From positions 1 through 33,644 of the forward strand of contig JAPLMG010000099.1 in the NCBI GenBank assembly GCA_026387165.1: 33,644 nt of DNA, read 5' to 3'. Each line of letters opens with the position of its first letter. Positions within the stretch are counted from its first letter, which is position 1. Under the pieces are notes generated by a model that did no database searches, was not told the DNA's origin, and saw only the letters and a list, made by a program, of their open reading frames with translations. A program made the translations under genes and the position numbers. Below, one piece after another: positions 27,101 to 33,083 of this stretch. The stretch comes from Candidatus Omnitrophota bacterium (GTDB taxonomy: Bacteria; Omnitrophota; Gorgyraeia; 2-01-FULL-45-10).

Positions 27101-30100
27101 AATTTCCCGAGGCATTCTTTATACAATTTACTTAACATGCCCTGTATCTTGATATGGGCTGCCGCGGCTTTAACCGTTCTCTTTAAGGCCGCAAAGCTCC
27201 CCTCTCTTCTCTTCGCGCCGCCCGCTGCCGAGCCCTTCATATTTCCGGCCGGATATGCCTTCTCGCCGGAGAGGGGTCTTCGCACAAGTATGCAGGACCC
27301 TATGGGGCGGCGCTCCCCGAGATTTTTTGTATCAGATTTTTTTCTCGCGCTCGCCCATGTCGTATAGCTTATTCCTTTATCCTTCCCATCTCTTTGAAAT
27401 GTCTGCACGTCGGCGCTCGAGCCTAAAAGAACCGCGTCGGTCACACCCAGATCTTTCAGAACGTCTATGACATCGGCTATGCGGGCCTCGTTATCTCTTG
27501 CCGGAATCCCGGATAGGTCTATCCGGACGAGCTTGCCGTCCTTATTGTATCCCATCGCTGAAAATGCCATCTGCTGATCGGCTGGCCATAGCAGGTCGTT
27601 GCCCTGCCTCGGCGGCCTTACGCCAAATTTAAGCTCCTGCATCATGCTTTGACCGTTAATGAGAAGCGGCGAGCCGGCTATACCATTATGTATGGGAAGA
27701 TCACTTACCGGTTTACCGTCCCTCAGGCCTATTTCATATACGCCTCTTTTGTCTCTGTCAAAACTTAATACCCAAAATCTGCCGCTCAACGGCACGTATT
27801 CCTGCTGGAATAATCCGCGCGCGCCGGCTGATTTTGCGATGACCTCTCCGCCCTTTATTATAAGGCTTGTTTGATCCCAGAACCCGCCCTGCGTTCCGCT
27901 GAATGCAAGAACGATATTCTCTTTATCCTGCGCGCCATCTACATACTTCTCTATGACCTTGCCGCCGGGCAGCGCTCCTGGAACATTCATCGGACGAGAT
28001 ATCATGTCGCGGGAGCGCAGGCCTTCATCTATTTCCTGGCTTATATCTACTTTGGCGGGATCGATAATGAACGCCTCTCCCTGAACGTCCACATCGCCCC
28101 TCTTGAGGGATAGCCCCATCTTTTCCACGCCGCCGCATATGGCCGCTGTTTTTTTAGACAATCGCTCGCGCACCGCTTCAAAATATTGCCTGTCGGCGTA
28201 CTTACACATCTCATTGAACTGGTCTATCTGGACCTGTACCGGTAAAACCCCCTGAGCTATATCGCCCGCTATATTCGCGGTGAGCACGGCCATAAAGGAC
28301 TCGAAGTCTATCCCGGCTTTGTCGAGATCGCGCAGCAGATCATCGATGTATCCGGCGGCCTTCTGCACATCCCGGAAGGGGCGGATCTTTACATCCGCCA
28401 GATATATGTCGGCCAATATGAAATGATTTTTGATGAGTATCCTTAAGAATTCCTTTTCATAAGATGGGATCTCAAAGCCTTTCGAGCGCAATTCTTTTAT
28501 CACGGCATCTTCAAATATTTCGGCGCCCCTCTCTGGATGATCAAAGATATCTAGCTTCCTGCCTCCGACAACTGCGCCTATGTCGGCCTTTCCTATGTCA
28601 TGCACCATAGGAATGAGGTCCATCACACGGCTGTTCCTGACGTCCTTTTTTACGGCCCGCGCAAGCGAATCGTGAACCTTTTTCATCACGCCGAAGTATG
28701 CTTCTTTAGAACCGTCTTTTATCGCCGCGCCGGACATTGCCTCTTTTGTCATGCGCATGAGGTAGCCATAATCCTCTTTTATAAGCGCGCGCACGCCTCT
28801 TATCACCAGAGCCGTATGATGGTAATGCGTCCTCGCGTATCCTTTTCCCGTTGGCATGCGCCGCATCTTATGGAAGACAGGCAGTTCACTGATGAGGCCC
28901 CACAGCTCGGCAGGGCTGATATATTTCACGGAACGCATATCTCCTTTTATAGGAGGCAACGGTGAACCGGGAGTCTCTGAATATGGGCCCTCAAGCGCCT
29001 TTCCGGCCGGATAGGCCTTCTCGCCGGAAACACCGGATAACTTTGTATCCCCTTTCCTTCCACGCTGGGACCGGAGAAACTCGTCAAGAAGCTGTGTGCC
29101 TATCGCGTAGTAGGCCAGAGTATGCTTGCCGCTCGGGTCCTGGCTCAGGCGGTTTGGCGCGTCCGTGATAAAATGTGTGGCCTCGGCAAAGAGGGCTTTC
29201 TCCAGCCACAGGGGTTCATCTTTTAAAAGTTCCATAAGGCGCGGCTGATTACGCAGCATTTCCGGCAGGCGGCGCCTTACCTCAAGGAAATTGGCAACCG
29301 CGCTCTTTGAGGTGTGATACTTTATATCGAAAGCGAATGTTCCGCCCTCCTTGCGCACCGATATGTCAAAAAGGTTATTGCGCACGATCTCCAGGAGAAA
29401 TGAGTGCAGGATCTTTCCGAGCTCATAGGTAAGGTCTATTCTCGACGGGGAGTTTCCCGGAAGGTCAACGCCGCGCACGTCAAAAAGCCGGAAATTGCCG
29501 TCGCCCATCCTCATTACATTTCTTAATAGGAGGTCGCCATGCGCGTATTTAAGGATGGAGCGCGGCTTAAGCCGCTCGATCAGTCCGTGATCGGCCTTTA
29601 CCTCCGATATCAGGCGCGGAAGGTTCGTGTGATCGACACCGTTGATCCTGATGACCGGAGCCTTCGACAGCTCTTCAAACATATAAGAGATATCGTCGTA
29701 TCGCGCATTCTCTATGGCAAACGGACGGCCCGATATAAGCTTGTCATAGACATCTCCCTCTTTTTTCGTCAATAGCCCGAACCTGTAGTCTACTCTCGCG
29801 AGGTGGACCTTTTGGACATAATCTACGGGCACTTCAAGGTTACCCCGCGAATAGAGGTGGCGGCAGAACTGATCTATCATGCTTTCGAGGTCGTCCAGGA
29901 AAGGCTGCGCTCCGCCGGAAGCGTGCTCGAGAAAATAGAAAGGCAGCGGCTTGCCTCCTTCGAGGTACTGCATACTGTAGAAGGCGAGTTCGTTCGTCTC
30001 ATGATATTCGTACACCTCCGGTATCATCGCCGCGCCTTCGGGGCCGAGCGACTGCTTCAGCTCCTTAAGCCTTTTATACTGCGCCCTGAGCCACGGAATG

Positions 30101-33015
30101 CCGTTCGATCCGACCCCTGCCCAGGTGGAATGTTTTACTATAACCTGCCTCCCCTGCCTGTCCCTCGCCAGAAATGTGTCGGCGCTCGATCCGCCGGTAG
30201 TGTACGGCTTGATGATCTCATACCGGTCAGAGATCTCTTTAGGGACTTTTATGCCTGACGGCTGCAGTTGCGCGGAATACGCGTTCTTTCTTGAGGCCCC
30301 TACCGGCCCTGTGAACCAGCCGATATCTTCTTTGAGCCCCAACTCCCGCTTCAACTTATCCGTCCTCAGTCCGCCTTTTTTTGGGCGCCTGGCTTTTCTA
30401 TGCATATCATCTGAATTACAGGCGGTCAAACGCGATCTGTCAAATTTCAGGATATCGGCCAATCTATCGGCAATTTCATACCTGTTAAGATATTCCGCTC
30501 CGCCTACGTGATAGATCCCGACTTTACCCTTAGAGACCAACTCTTCGATTATTTCGGCTAAGCTCTCCGCGGCGACAGGATTGGCGTAGATATCCACAGG
30601 AAGCTTGGCCTCTCCTCCTGCCTCAACTGTCTTCAAAAGCCCCATAACGAATCTCGACCGCAAGCCTAAGATCAGCGGGGCTCTTACTATCAGATAATCG
30701 TCAAGCAGGCTTTTGACAACACCCTCAGACTCTAACTTCGTCCTGCCGTAAACATTGACTGGCGACGGACTATCCTCTTCGGAATAAGGGCCGTTCTCAC
30801 CGTCGAACACTTGATCGGTGGAGATATAAACCATTTTTGCCCCTACGGCTTTACAGGCCAGAGCTACATTTCTCGCGCCGTTTACAATTACTTTATGGGC
30901 CTGTGCGCTGTGTTCCTCGCAGTAATCCACATCCGCTAAAACGGCCGTGTGCACTACGACTTTAGGCCTTATTGAATTGAACAGGTCGAGCACCTGTCTT
31001 CTGTTAGTTATATCCAGCTGAAGCAGCTCTCCCTTCTCTGTCGTATGATAGGTGCCGAGCGCCGTATGTTTTTTGGATAATTGAGCGAGGGCGGCTTCCC
31101 CTAAAAATCCGGATGAACCTATAACCAGAAAATCCGCCTTGCTCTCCTGCCGCGGCCGCGCTTTTTGCGGATGAGTTAAAAGGGAGCGTAAAAATTCTTC
31201 GACCCCGGCGGGATCGCGCATTTCCGAACGCTTCCCGGGATCCTGCGCCGCGAAGCCTTCGTAGAGATCGCGGTAGTTCCCGGCCCACTGCTCCACAAGA
31301 GCCTTCATTTTTGCGGACTTTCCCTGATGGTCTTCGATACCCGCGACAGCATCGGCAAGAGCCTCCTTAAAACGTTCTCCGTACTTCGCGAGCCTTGCCT
31401 CTTCCGGCACAGCCGGGTCGGCGTCGAAATACGCGGCCGTCGCGAGATAATACTGCCCGCTCTTCAATACCGATTCATATCTGTCTTTCCTGTTCGTGAG
31501 CACTGTAACGTATGGACGTTCGCTCTTGGCTGAATCGAACTTCGGCAGGATAATCAGATACGACGTATCTTTATCTTTAAGTAGTTTTGTAAGGCCCTTC
31601 GTGTGGAATCCTCCCGTGACGAGCGCCGCGATATTGCGGCCTTCCTGCCTCATCCTCTTTATCGTATTTTCGAGAATGACGGAGTCCCTCTTCCGGGCAG
31701 TTTCATAGAATTTAAGCGCCTCCGGAATATCTGACAGTATATTATTAAGATCGCAGTAACGCGCCGTCCTTGTCTTATATTTCAAGGAGAGCTCTTTTAT
31801 TAAGCTCTCTATCTCCCCGGCCGAACCTAAAAGGCCCATATCCTCTTTAAGATACCCGAAGTCTTCGTTTGTAAGCTTTATTTCGAATAGGCCTTTTATT
31901 GAGAACGCGTACCTTGAAAGCCTGTAGAGTCTTCTCTGGTCATCATTCGAGAATAACTTTTCCCTCACGGCGGATTCGAAGGCCTTCGCCTCTTCGAATA
32001 TCGAGATCGGATCTATGGACTCGTAGAGCGTAATGTACTCCGCGTAGGCTGCCAGGTTCCTGTATTTAGCCGTCTCAACGCCCCATTTGCGGGAGATATT
32101 CCCAAGGAAGAGATAAAATTCTCCGACAGATATCCTGCCCATCTTGAAATCGACCGACTTCAACATAAGCTCTTCGAGGCCATTTTTGTCCGATCTTTCG
32201 CTCAATTCGCCTATCAGAAGCTCGCGCTCATGGTTCGCTTTATCGAAGTCTATTCTTTTTTCAAGCTCGAGGCTCTTAACGAATTTCGAGAGGCTCATGT
32301 ATGATCTATAGTCGGCTCCTATCCTGGTGGCAAGCTCTCTGACCGACTGCCATCTCTCTTTGAAGGCCGTGGTATCATCACCTCCGGCCGCCGGACTATC
32401 CTCGAGCGCTCGAAGTTCGGGCGAATAGACCTTATCTTTAAGGCCTTTCACGGCATAGAGAAGGCCGTCTATATCTTTCCTGACGGATTCGTTCATCTCA
32501 TAAATGCGGCGGAACTCTTCCACGTTCTTCTTATAGAGCGCCCTGTCCTCTATACCGTACAGCGCTATATTTTTTCCTGAAGTTATCGAGAATAACTCTG
32601 CCGCTGACATAAGCCCTCTTGCCATCAGATCCTTAGCCGCGCTATCGCGCACCTTCTGATCCGGAAAAGTCTTCAAAAGAGAGGTGTCTATGTAGCCGCT
32701 TGACCCTTCTATGGCGACTACGCTGAGATCGTAATTTGTGACGAGCGAATTGAGGATCGAAACGATCGATTCCTGCGCATTCAATGAAGCGTGGGCGTCC
32801 TGTATGTTTATGATCGTATTGGGTATCGGGTATTGAGTATTGGGTTGAGGGGCTTTATAGGACTCTTGGGAGGAGACGAGGTTCTTCGGCACGGATATCC
32901 CGGCAAGGCCGCCTTGGGCAAAGACGATATCCTGGCTCAGGAATGTGATCAGTAAAGGTGCCGCTATTATCTTTATCCAGATCTTGCTTTTGCTCATAGA
33001 CATTATCTTATACAA
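18106..33015 (-). CDS. Giant exported polyprotein-like enzyme mosaic (4969 aa)
   Basis: Uninterrupted 14.9-kb ORF; the true start is probably ATG 33003 or 32997. Signal peptide KIWIKIIAAPLLITFLSQDIVFA. At least 12 recognisable modules, mostly separated by GEKxYPA. Family C-terminus and TAA stop. Confidence 0.92.
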   Translation of the reverse strand: MYKIMSMSKSKIWIKIIAAPLLITFLSQDIVFAQGGLAGISVPKNLVSSQESYKAPQPNTQYPIPNTIINIQDAHASLNAQESIVSILNSLVTNYDLSVVAIEGSSGYIDTSLLKTFPDQKVRDSAAKDLMARGLMSAAELFSITSGKNIALYGIEDRALYKKNVEEFRRIYEMNESVRKDIDGLLYAVKGLKDKVYSPELRALEDSPAAGGDDTTAFKERWQSVRELATRIGADYRSYMSLSKFVKSLELEKRIDFDKANHERELLIGELSERSDKNGLEELMLKSVDFKMGRISVGEFYLFLGNISRKWGVETAKYRNLAAYAEYITLYESIDPISIFEEAKAFESAVREKLFSNDDQRRLYRLSRYAFSIKGLFEIKLTNEDFGYLKEDMGLLGSAGEIESLIKELSLKYKTRTARYCDLNNILSDIPEALKFYETARKRDSVILENTIKRMRQEGRNIAALVTGGFHTKGLTKLLKDKDTSYLIILPKFDSAKSERPYVTVLTNRKDRYESVLKSGQYYLATAAYFDADPAVPEEARLAKYGERFKEALADAVAGIEDHQGKSAKMKALVEQWAGNYRDLYEGFAAQDPGKRSEMRDPAGVEEFLRSLLTHPQKARPRQESKADFLVIGSSGFLGEAALAQLSKKHTALGTYHTTEKGELLQLDITNRRQVLDLFNSIRPKVVVHTAVLADVDYCEEHSAQAHKVIVNGARNVALACKAVGAKMVYISTDQVFDGENGPYSEEDSPSPVNVYGRTKLESEGVVKSLLDDYLIVRAPLILGLRSRFVMGLLKTVEAGGEAKLPVDIYANPVAAESLAEIIEELVSKGKVGIYHVGGAEYLNRYEIADRLADILKFDRSRLTACNSDDMHRKARRPKKGGLRTDKLKRELGLKEDIGWFTGPVGASRKNAYSAQLQPSGIKVPKEISDRYEIIKPYTTGGSSADTFLARDRQGRQVIVKHSTWAGVGSNGIPWLRAQYKRLKELKQSLGPEGAAMIPEVYEYHETNELAFYSMQYLEGGKPLPFYFLEHASGGAQPFLDDLESMIDQFCRHLYSRGNLEVPVDYVQKVHLARVDYRFGLLTKKEGDVYDKLISGRPFAIENARYDDISYMFEELSKAPVIRINGVDHTNLPRLISEVKADHGLIERLKPRSILKYAHGDLLLRNVMRMGDGNFRLFDVRGVDLPGNSPSRIDLTYELGKILHSFLLEIVRNNLFDISVRKEGGTFAFDIKYHTSKSAVANFLEVRRRLPEMLRNQPRLMELLKDEPLWLEKALFAEATHFITDAPNRLSQDPSGKHTLAYYAIGTQLLDEFLRSQRGRKGDTKLSGVSGEKAYPAGKALEGPYSETPGSPLPPIKGDMRSVKYISPAELWGLISELPVFHKMRRMPTGKGYARTHYHHTALVIRGVRALIKEDYGYLMRMTKEAMSGAAIKDGSKEAYFGVMKKVHDSLARAVKKDVRNSRVMDLIPMVHDIGKADIGAVVGGRKLDIFDHPERGAEIFEDAVIKELRSKGFEIPSYEKEFLRILIKNHFILADIYLADVKIRPFRDVQKAAGYIDDLLRDLDKAGIDFESFMAVLTANIAGDIAQGVLPVQVQIDQFNEMCKYADRQYFEAVRERLSKKTAAICGGVEKMGLSLKRGDVDVQGEAFIIDPAKVDISQEIDEGLRSRDMISRPMNVPGALPGGKVIEKYVDGAQDKENIVLAFSGTQGGFWDQTSLIIKGGEVIAKSAGARGLFQQEYVPLSGRFWVLSFDRDKRGVYEIGLRDGKPVSDLPIHNGIAGSPLLINGQSMMQELKFGVRPPRQGNDLLWPADQQMAFSAMGYNKDGKLVRIDLSGIPARDNEARIADVIDVLKDLGVTDAVLLGSSADVQTFQRDGKDKGISYTTWASARKKSDTKNLGERRPIGSCILVRRPLSGEKAYPAGNMKGSAAGGAKRREGSFAALKRTVKAAAAHIKIQGMLSKLYKECLGKFSGGNVVRDARDTKEYILDEIAKWRAQKRDGPFVIAIDGNSGSLKTTMAKELRSVLGSSGQKAEIVRVDWFLRDRYNDRYPKYADEMGRAATSVNWKRISLREEKFEQDVLEKLRRFRKSGEPEISLDLADLYAELNGGKLSLKQAVKITRDTVVIIEGNYALQDKWSDCYDLKALMLAKPASSAYRRASRDSIKAPEGFVRDVLQRISLPSYFDYLLTENIDPDIVAVTDSWKRAKRGKSGEKGYPAQGEPELPVWISRIPGMPWQESLDREGYYYDQAGGFIASKNSCMRERVLSYDGITIYKNSGVEVKNGLPKKVQDLADLLRVALLDVSKIIPQRGPPIPVHVIPYKPHLVGKTIVNGSVHLTLDQKFIETLIMYRDRYPRAIPWITAEKVAHELNHGNTMGTDKEEAMEERSNFIDVDMPLYRYLCAHPELKAEVDRFFDETGFRSRAKTFFKHFLDVHKDDAPSELRETAERFIDSFYSFSFKFHPAEKAIPAGEVSELAGVGKAYPAGDEGRALLKYPDPHASGLQLDDYDKAHYRWDAENNHWYREVVKGRRLILGTWEDVKRSQKEGAAPTDMEYHVVIRTNAGYSVYVFDSHSDSGEYLEEAVERADVSSSDNHQIFIDDHMDTQEIGDLDARIAKTIAEKGRLMHHIWVSFGRGRAGPEEPDEELEKLGLENRMCRSQDYFSVGTRPRRTKAIFNIDTDAAESRQIADFIKEVINKDGVIPSTVHISTSPPNCSERDMDRAASSFDGLLYPEGFGTIERCVDLSRALPQLIAESAAGEEKAGHRIVLKNIKVADAEFAVIDKEEIDAGLIAPQDIIFPDNKEENSEMEKSGEELLRSGRVGVITVAGGMAARAGINYPKGMHPIMPVTSRTLFEARADEILAAGKHYGSIIPWFIMTSELNDTATREYFAANNYLSLGKENVIFIKQESLPAREAGSDNPAMAGDGVFFRAANGHGGLYRAMRTVKARTGGGAVSAVSALREAGMRGIDTFLYCQIDNPTPVIDKMLLGYHSKKHSDHTTVLVRKRSPGEGLGMPAKDAITGEPFVVEYNQPAAGVIRDRNGYEYGSISRFVYSYDFLASATPPPFRYVRNKKAKIFKDGAVTDGLIDKFESLVFDAIGQAKTASYITLDRAECFASFKEMTGEDSPAAVAKAISNLAKRWLAQSGVDAQVSEESTLEFSSAFALHQDDIKGKVGRNWRIEGASMAYLGGREIKIGKNVIIRGRLNVKFEDPYDGSFEVPDNAAVKDADIYVRKGEKLIYGTSGPEPVLSLLKDGEKSYPAKEKNPERAFKVGVRPDESFEVKLSIGVFDVSNGLLAGEIGGKKTFFVVDGGVGKALTGKIKAYTERYGINAHIMVVPGGEDMKAGMRHVYRVIREAEKFGIDRKEMMVLVGGGAVLDMAGFAASILHRGVEHIRIPSTLLAQDDAGVGTKNAVNYAGQKNFLGVFQPPKTVIIDPTILSTLDTRQMRSGMAEVVKVSLIKDRGLFEVVEGHYKDVLNNDLSAGSRMKDIIWGTIMAHLGQICTDPYETKLARPLDYGHEWGHRLEMVTDHRLNHGEAVAVGMAIDTHISYARGYISKNELERTLSLLEAIGLPIYDRSATVKNIWPGLESFRRHLGGELTISLLDGIGGKQDVHTILKSETERAISYLKARVAGKSSGEKQYPAAEEKLPKMIFFDIDGVLLKCPGDRYIKMARRLEDYGVKIAAEELERLLYCYGDKEYEKKVMRGLVSAEEYITYVNEELRRFGLKRDFTPEQLFELRYEIRGPNAKVAAMFSLLKQNGIKFGLLSSRWNGDPAVILKKLNEAYPCIFDDNDLIVFTCDEHLGKDDVELFARARERASRKLGISEDEILFVDDNERVLKTAAQAGLRGLNYVYHDGDAPDPGSFYIFARLLADKGIKAADDWTPLAGLDGKIAVNPNTGRIRYGPEGPVVKSEVDLWVVRHGRTRANTITDVFQGDVDGEMNQLDEVGMRQSVEAAGKLFAALESRIRSGDEPVILSSGLGRSKDTAAAFAKLVKERTGREIPVITDRMTNEISFGVWENKVPRDLSEEDKKLAIRYREHFDANVRPRGGESFADLLIRARKFLDMVNREHKGKTVILFGHGTYIGAMMALLGDKRLVDEELQLNWRSGKRMVENAEPILLASVPASGEKAYPAEEDAYDRIRRIQELKANGEKITMLTAYDAVTARAFSNAGIEMLLVGDSVAMVKYGYPTTNYATMEMMLKHIRMVSEGADRSRTVVIGDMPYRSYDTPEEALASARLMIEAGADAVKMEGGRDMGRIVRALVSAGIPVMGHIGYMPQFGRPRVFGGSKIEMMKLLEDAATLEEAGAFSIVLEMVYDGTAEMVSKHLTIPTIGIGSGNEADGQVLVSNDVLGLTEYRREGVERSEHLEVMPRFVERFTRPYELKYPKNIQYDPSITPLIGEGAIERAGRRFFDAVKLRSYPKPWHYYQLGTRFGRLQALADELRELPINHKSGDLLRVIRKIRSRDGITIAIRCNSVLSIRSGRIHLQTVDFSLDEAIEAAPVEMLGMWVLNQYGKKIDRNIDAESVKLKKGRTAKFDTFKSYHTLNLISGRARIVSGDGKTALGELNARNPYLFVTAQTGNYSIVADEDTEFVRSSAVIKTGEAAKPKSLKSYIVGMPGDSVPPLERPAIAREIDRIFNGSAEIYVMKSSNPAELMAEAKRRGIKYGAVLDIGSGAGIRETIAHLQALSDKAFREAHADIAIINASNIDSIPLGDLTAKVTEIERLLPAVAPASIEALKADLERRTKAISPSFAHANSAALNTLFEKRDKAVSITTQGVVESGMLYSLRDKIRARWQKMDIHDKGDDPIKEVVAITDPRVRNDDAAKRYISALGLEGYVDHAFARTAEEVNGLSTLFSGTPGHVGLRIRKGEIKDYETLRSAIPPLVILELGDINGVFVDTNSYEALFELFTVGELPDIPGVSRDEMRRIFIYVPKAVPIYYDKEVREHQRALRAILSAA
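19720..20570 (-). other. panB: Ketopantoate hydroxymethyltransferase (PanB) domain
   Basis: ITMLTAYD, LLVGDS, GDMPYxSY, AVKMEGG, VMGHIG, IPTIGIGSG, DGQVLV. Confidence 0.92.
20630..21260 (-). other. Histidine phosphatase (phosphoglycerate mutase-like) domain
   Basis: VVRHGRT, SSxLxR, EISFGVWE, GES, FGHG. Confidence 0.88.
21390..22060 (-). other. HAD-family phosphatase domain
   Basis: FFDIDGVL (motif I), LLSS (motif II), GK (motif III), LFVDD (motif IV). Confidence 0.88.
22110..23200 (-). other. 3-dehydroquinate synthase-like sugar-phosphate cyclase domain
   Basis: GGGAVLDMAGFAA, RG, PSTLLAQDDAGVGTKN, RPLDYGHEWGHRLE, HGEAVAVGM. Confidence 0.88.
23280..24620 (-). other. UDP-N-acetylglucosamine/UDP-sugar pyrophosphorylase (UAP/UDPGP family) domain
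   Basis: AGGMAARAG..PKG, IPWFIMTS, ANGHGG, QIDNP, VEY, KFESLVFD, RAECFASFK. Confidence 0.85.
24770..25400 (-). other. Arginase/deacetylase-fold (UPF0489-like) domain
   Basis: DSH, IFIDDHMD, NIDTD and ISTSP metal-site-like motifs. Confidence 0.5.
25630..26340 (-). other. Zincin-like HExxH module
   Basis: RGPP..VHV upstream, AHELNH at ~25897-25914, and a downstream EE. Confidence 0.5.
26400..27050 (-). other. Uridine kinase-like P-loop domain
   Basis: IAIDGNSGSLKTT, VDWF, IIEGNY, RxxRD. Confidence 0.8.
27280..28100 (-). other. Phosphodiester glycosidase (NAGPA)-like domain, divergent
   Basis: AGSPLLING, SAMGYNKDGKL, LGVTDAVLLGSS (cf. AxNLDGGGS) and RPIGSCILV. Confidence 0.5.
28170..28900 (-). 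other. HD-domain metal-dependent phosphohydrolase
   Basis: HT..., HDIGK, HPERGA, NH and a distal D. Confidence 0.75.
29060..30230 (-). other. APH/choline-kinase-like phosphotransferase domain
   Basis: GGSSADT glycine loop, IVKH, MQYL, HGDLLLRN, LFDVRG, YELGK. Confidence 0.78.
30330..31140 (-). other. dTDP-4-dehydrorhamnose reductase (RmlD-like) SDR domain
   Basis: GSSGFLG, LDIT, HTA..DVD.CE, YISTDQVFDG, PVNVYGRTKLESE, ARRP. Confidence 0.9.
31490..32815 (-). other. Conserved N-terminal domain with a TIKI/TraB/ChaN-like motif order
   Basis: IQDAH, VAIEG, LYGIED, KRD, LVTGGFH, SY. All are also conserved in the ORF at 16428..17963. Confidence 0.55.
32816..32843. repeat. Four tandem heptamers (GTATTGG/GTATCGG/GTATTGA/GTATTGG) inside the CDS
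   Basis: Seen directly. Encodes PNTQYPIPNT, which is absent from the paralog. Confidence 0.7.
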
Positions 33016-33075
33016 TCGTCATTGCGAGCCCGAGCGAAGCGCATGGTACATGGCTCCGCTCCTCGCAATGACGAT
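33015..33075. repeat. Intergenic palindromic element with 14-bp perfect terminal inverted repeats (REP/MITE-like)
   Basis: ATCGTCATTGCGAG (33015-33028) and CTCGCAATGACGAT (33062-33075). Confidence 0.75.
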
Positions 33076-33083
33076 AAGTAACG

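Noticed and set aside
10886-29028. GEKxYPA-coding segments as DNA repeats (CRISPR, attC or recombination sites)
   Set aside because: Spacing is irregular and kb-scale, every copy is in frame, and variation is mostly synonymous. No integrase or cas genes are in the window.
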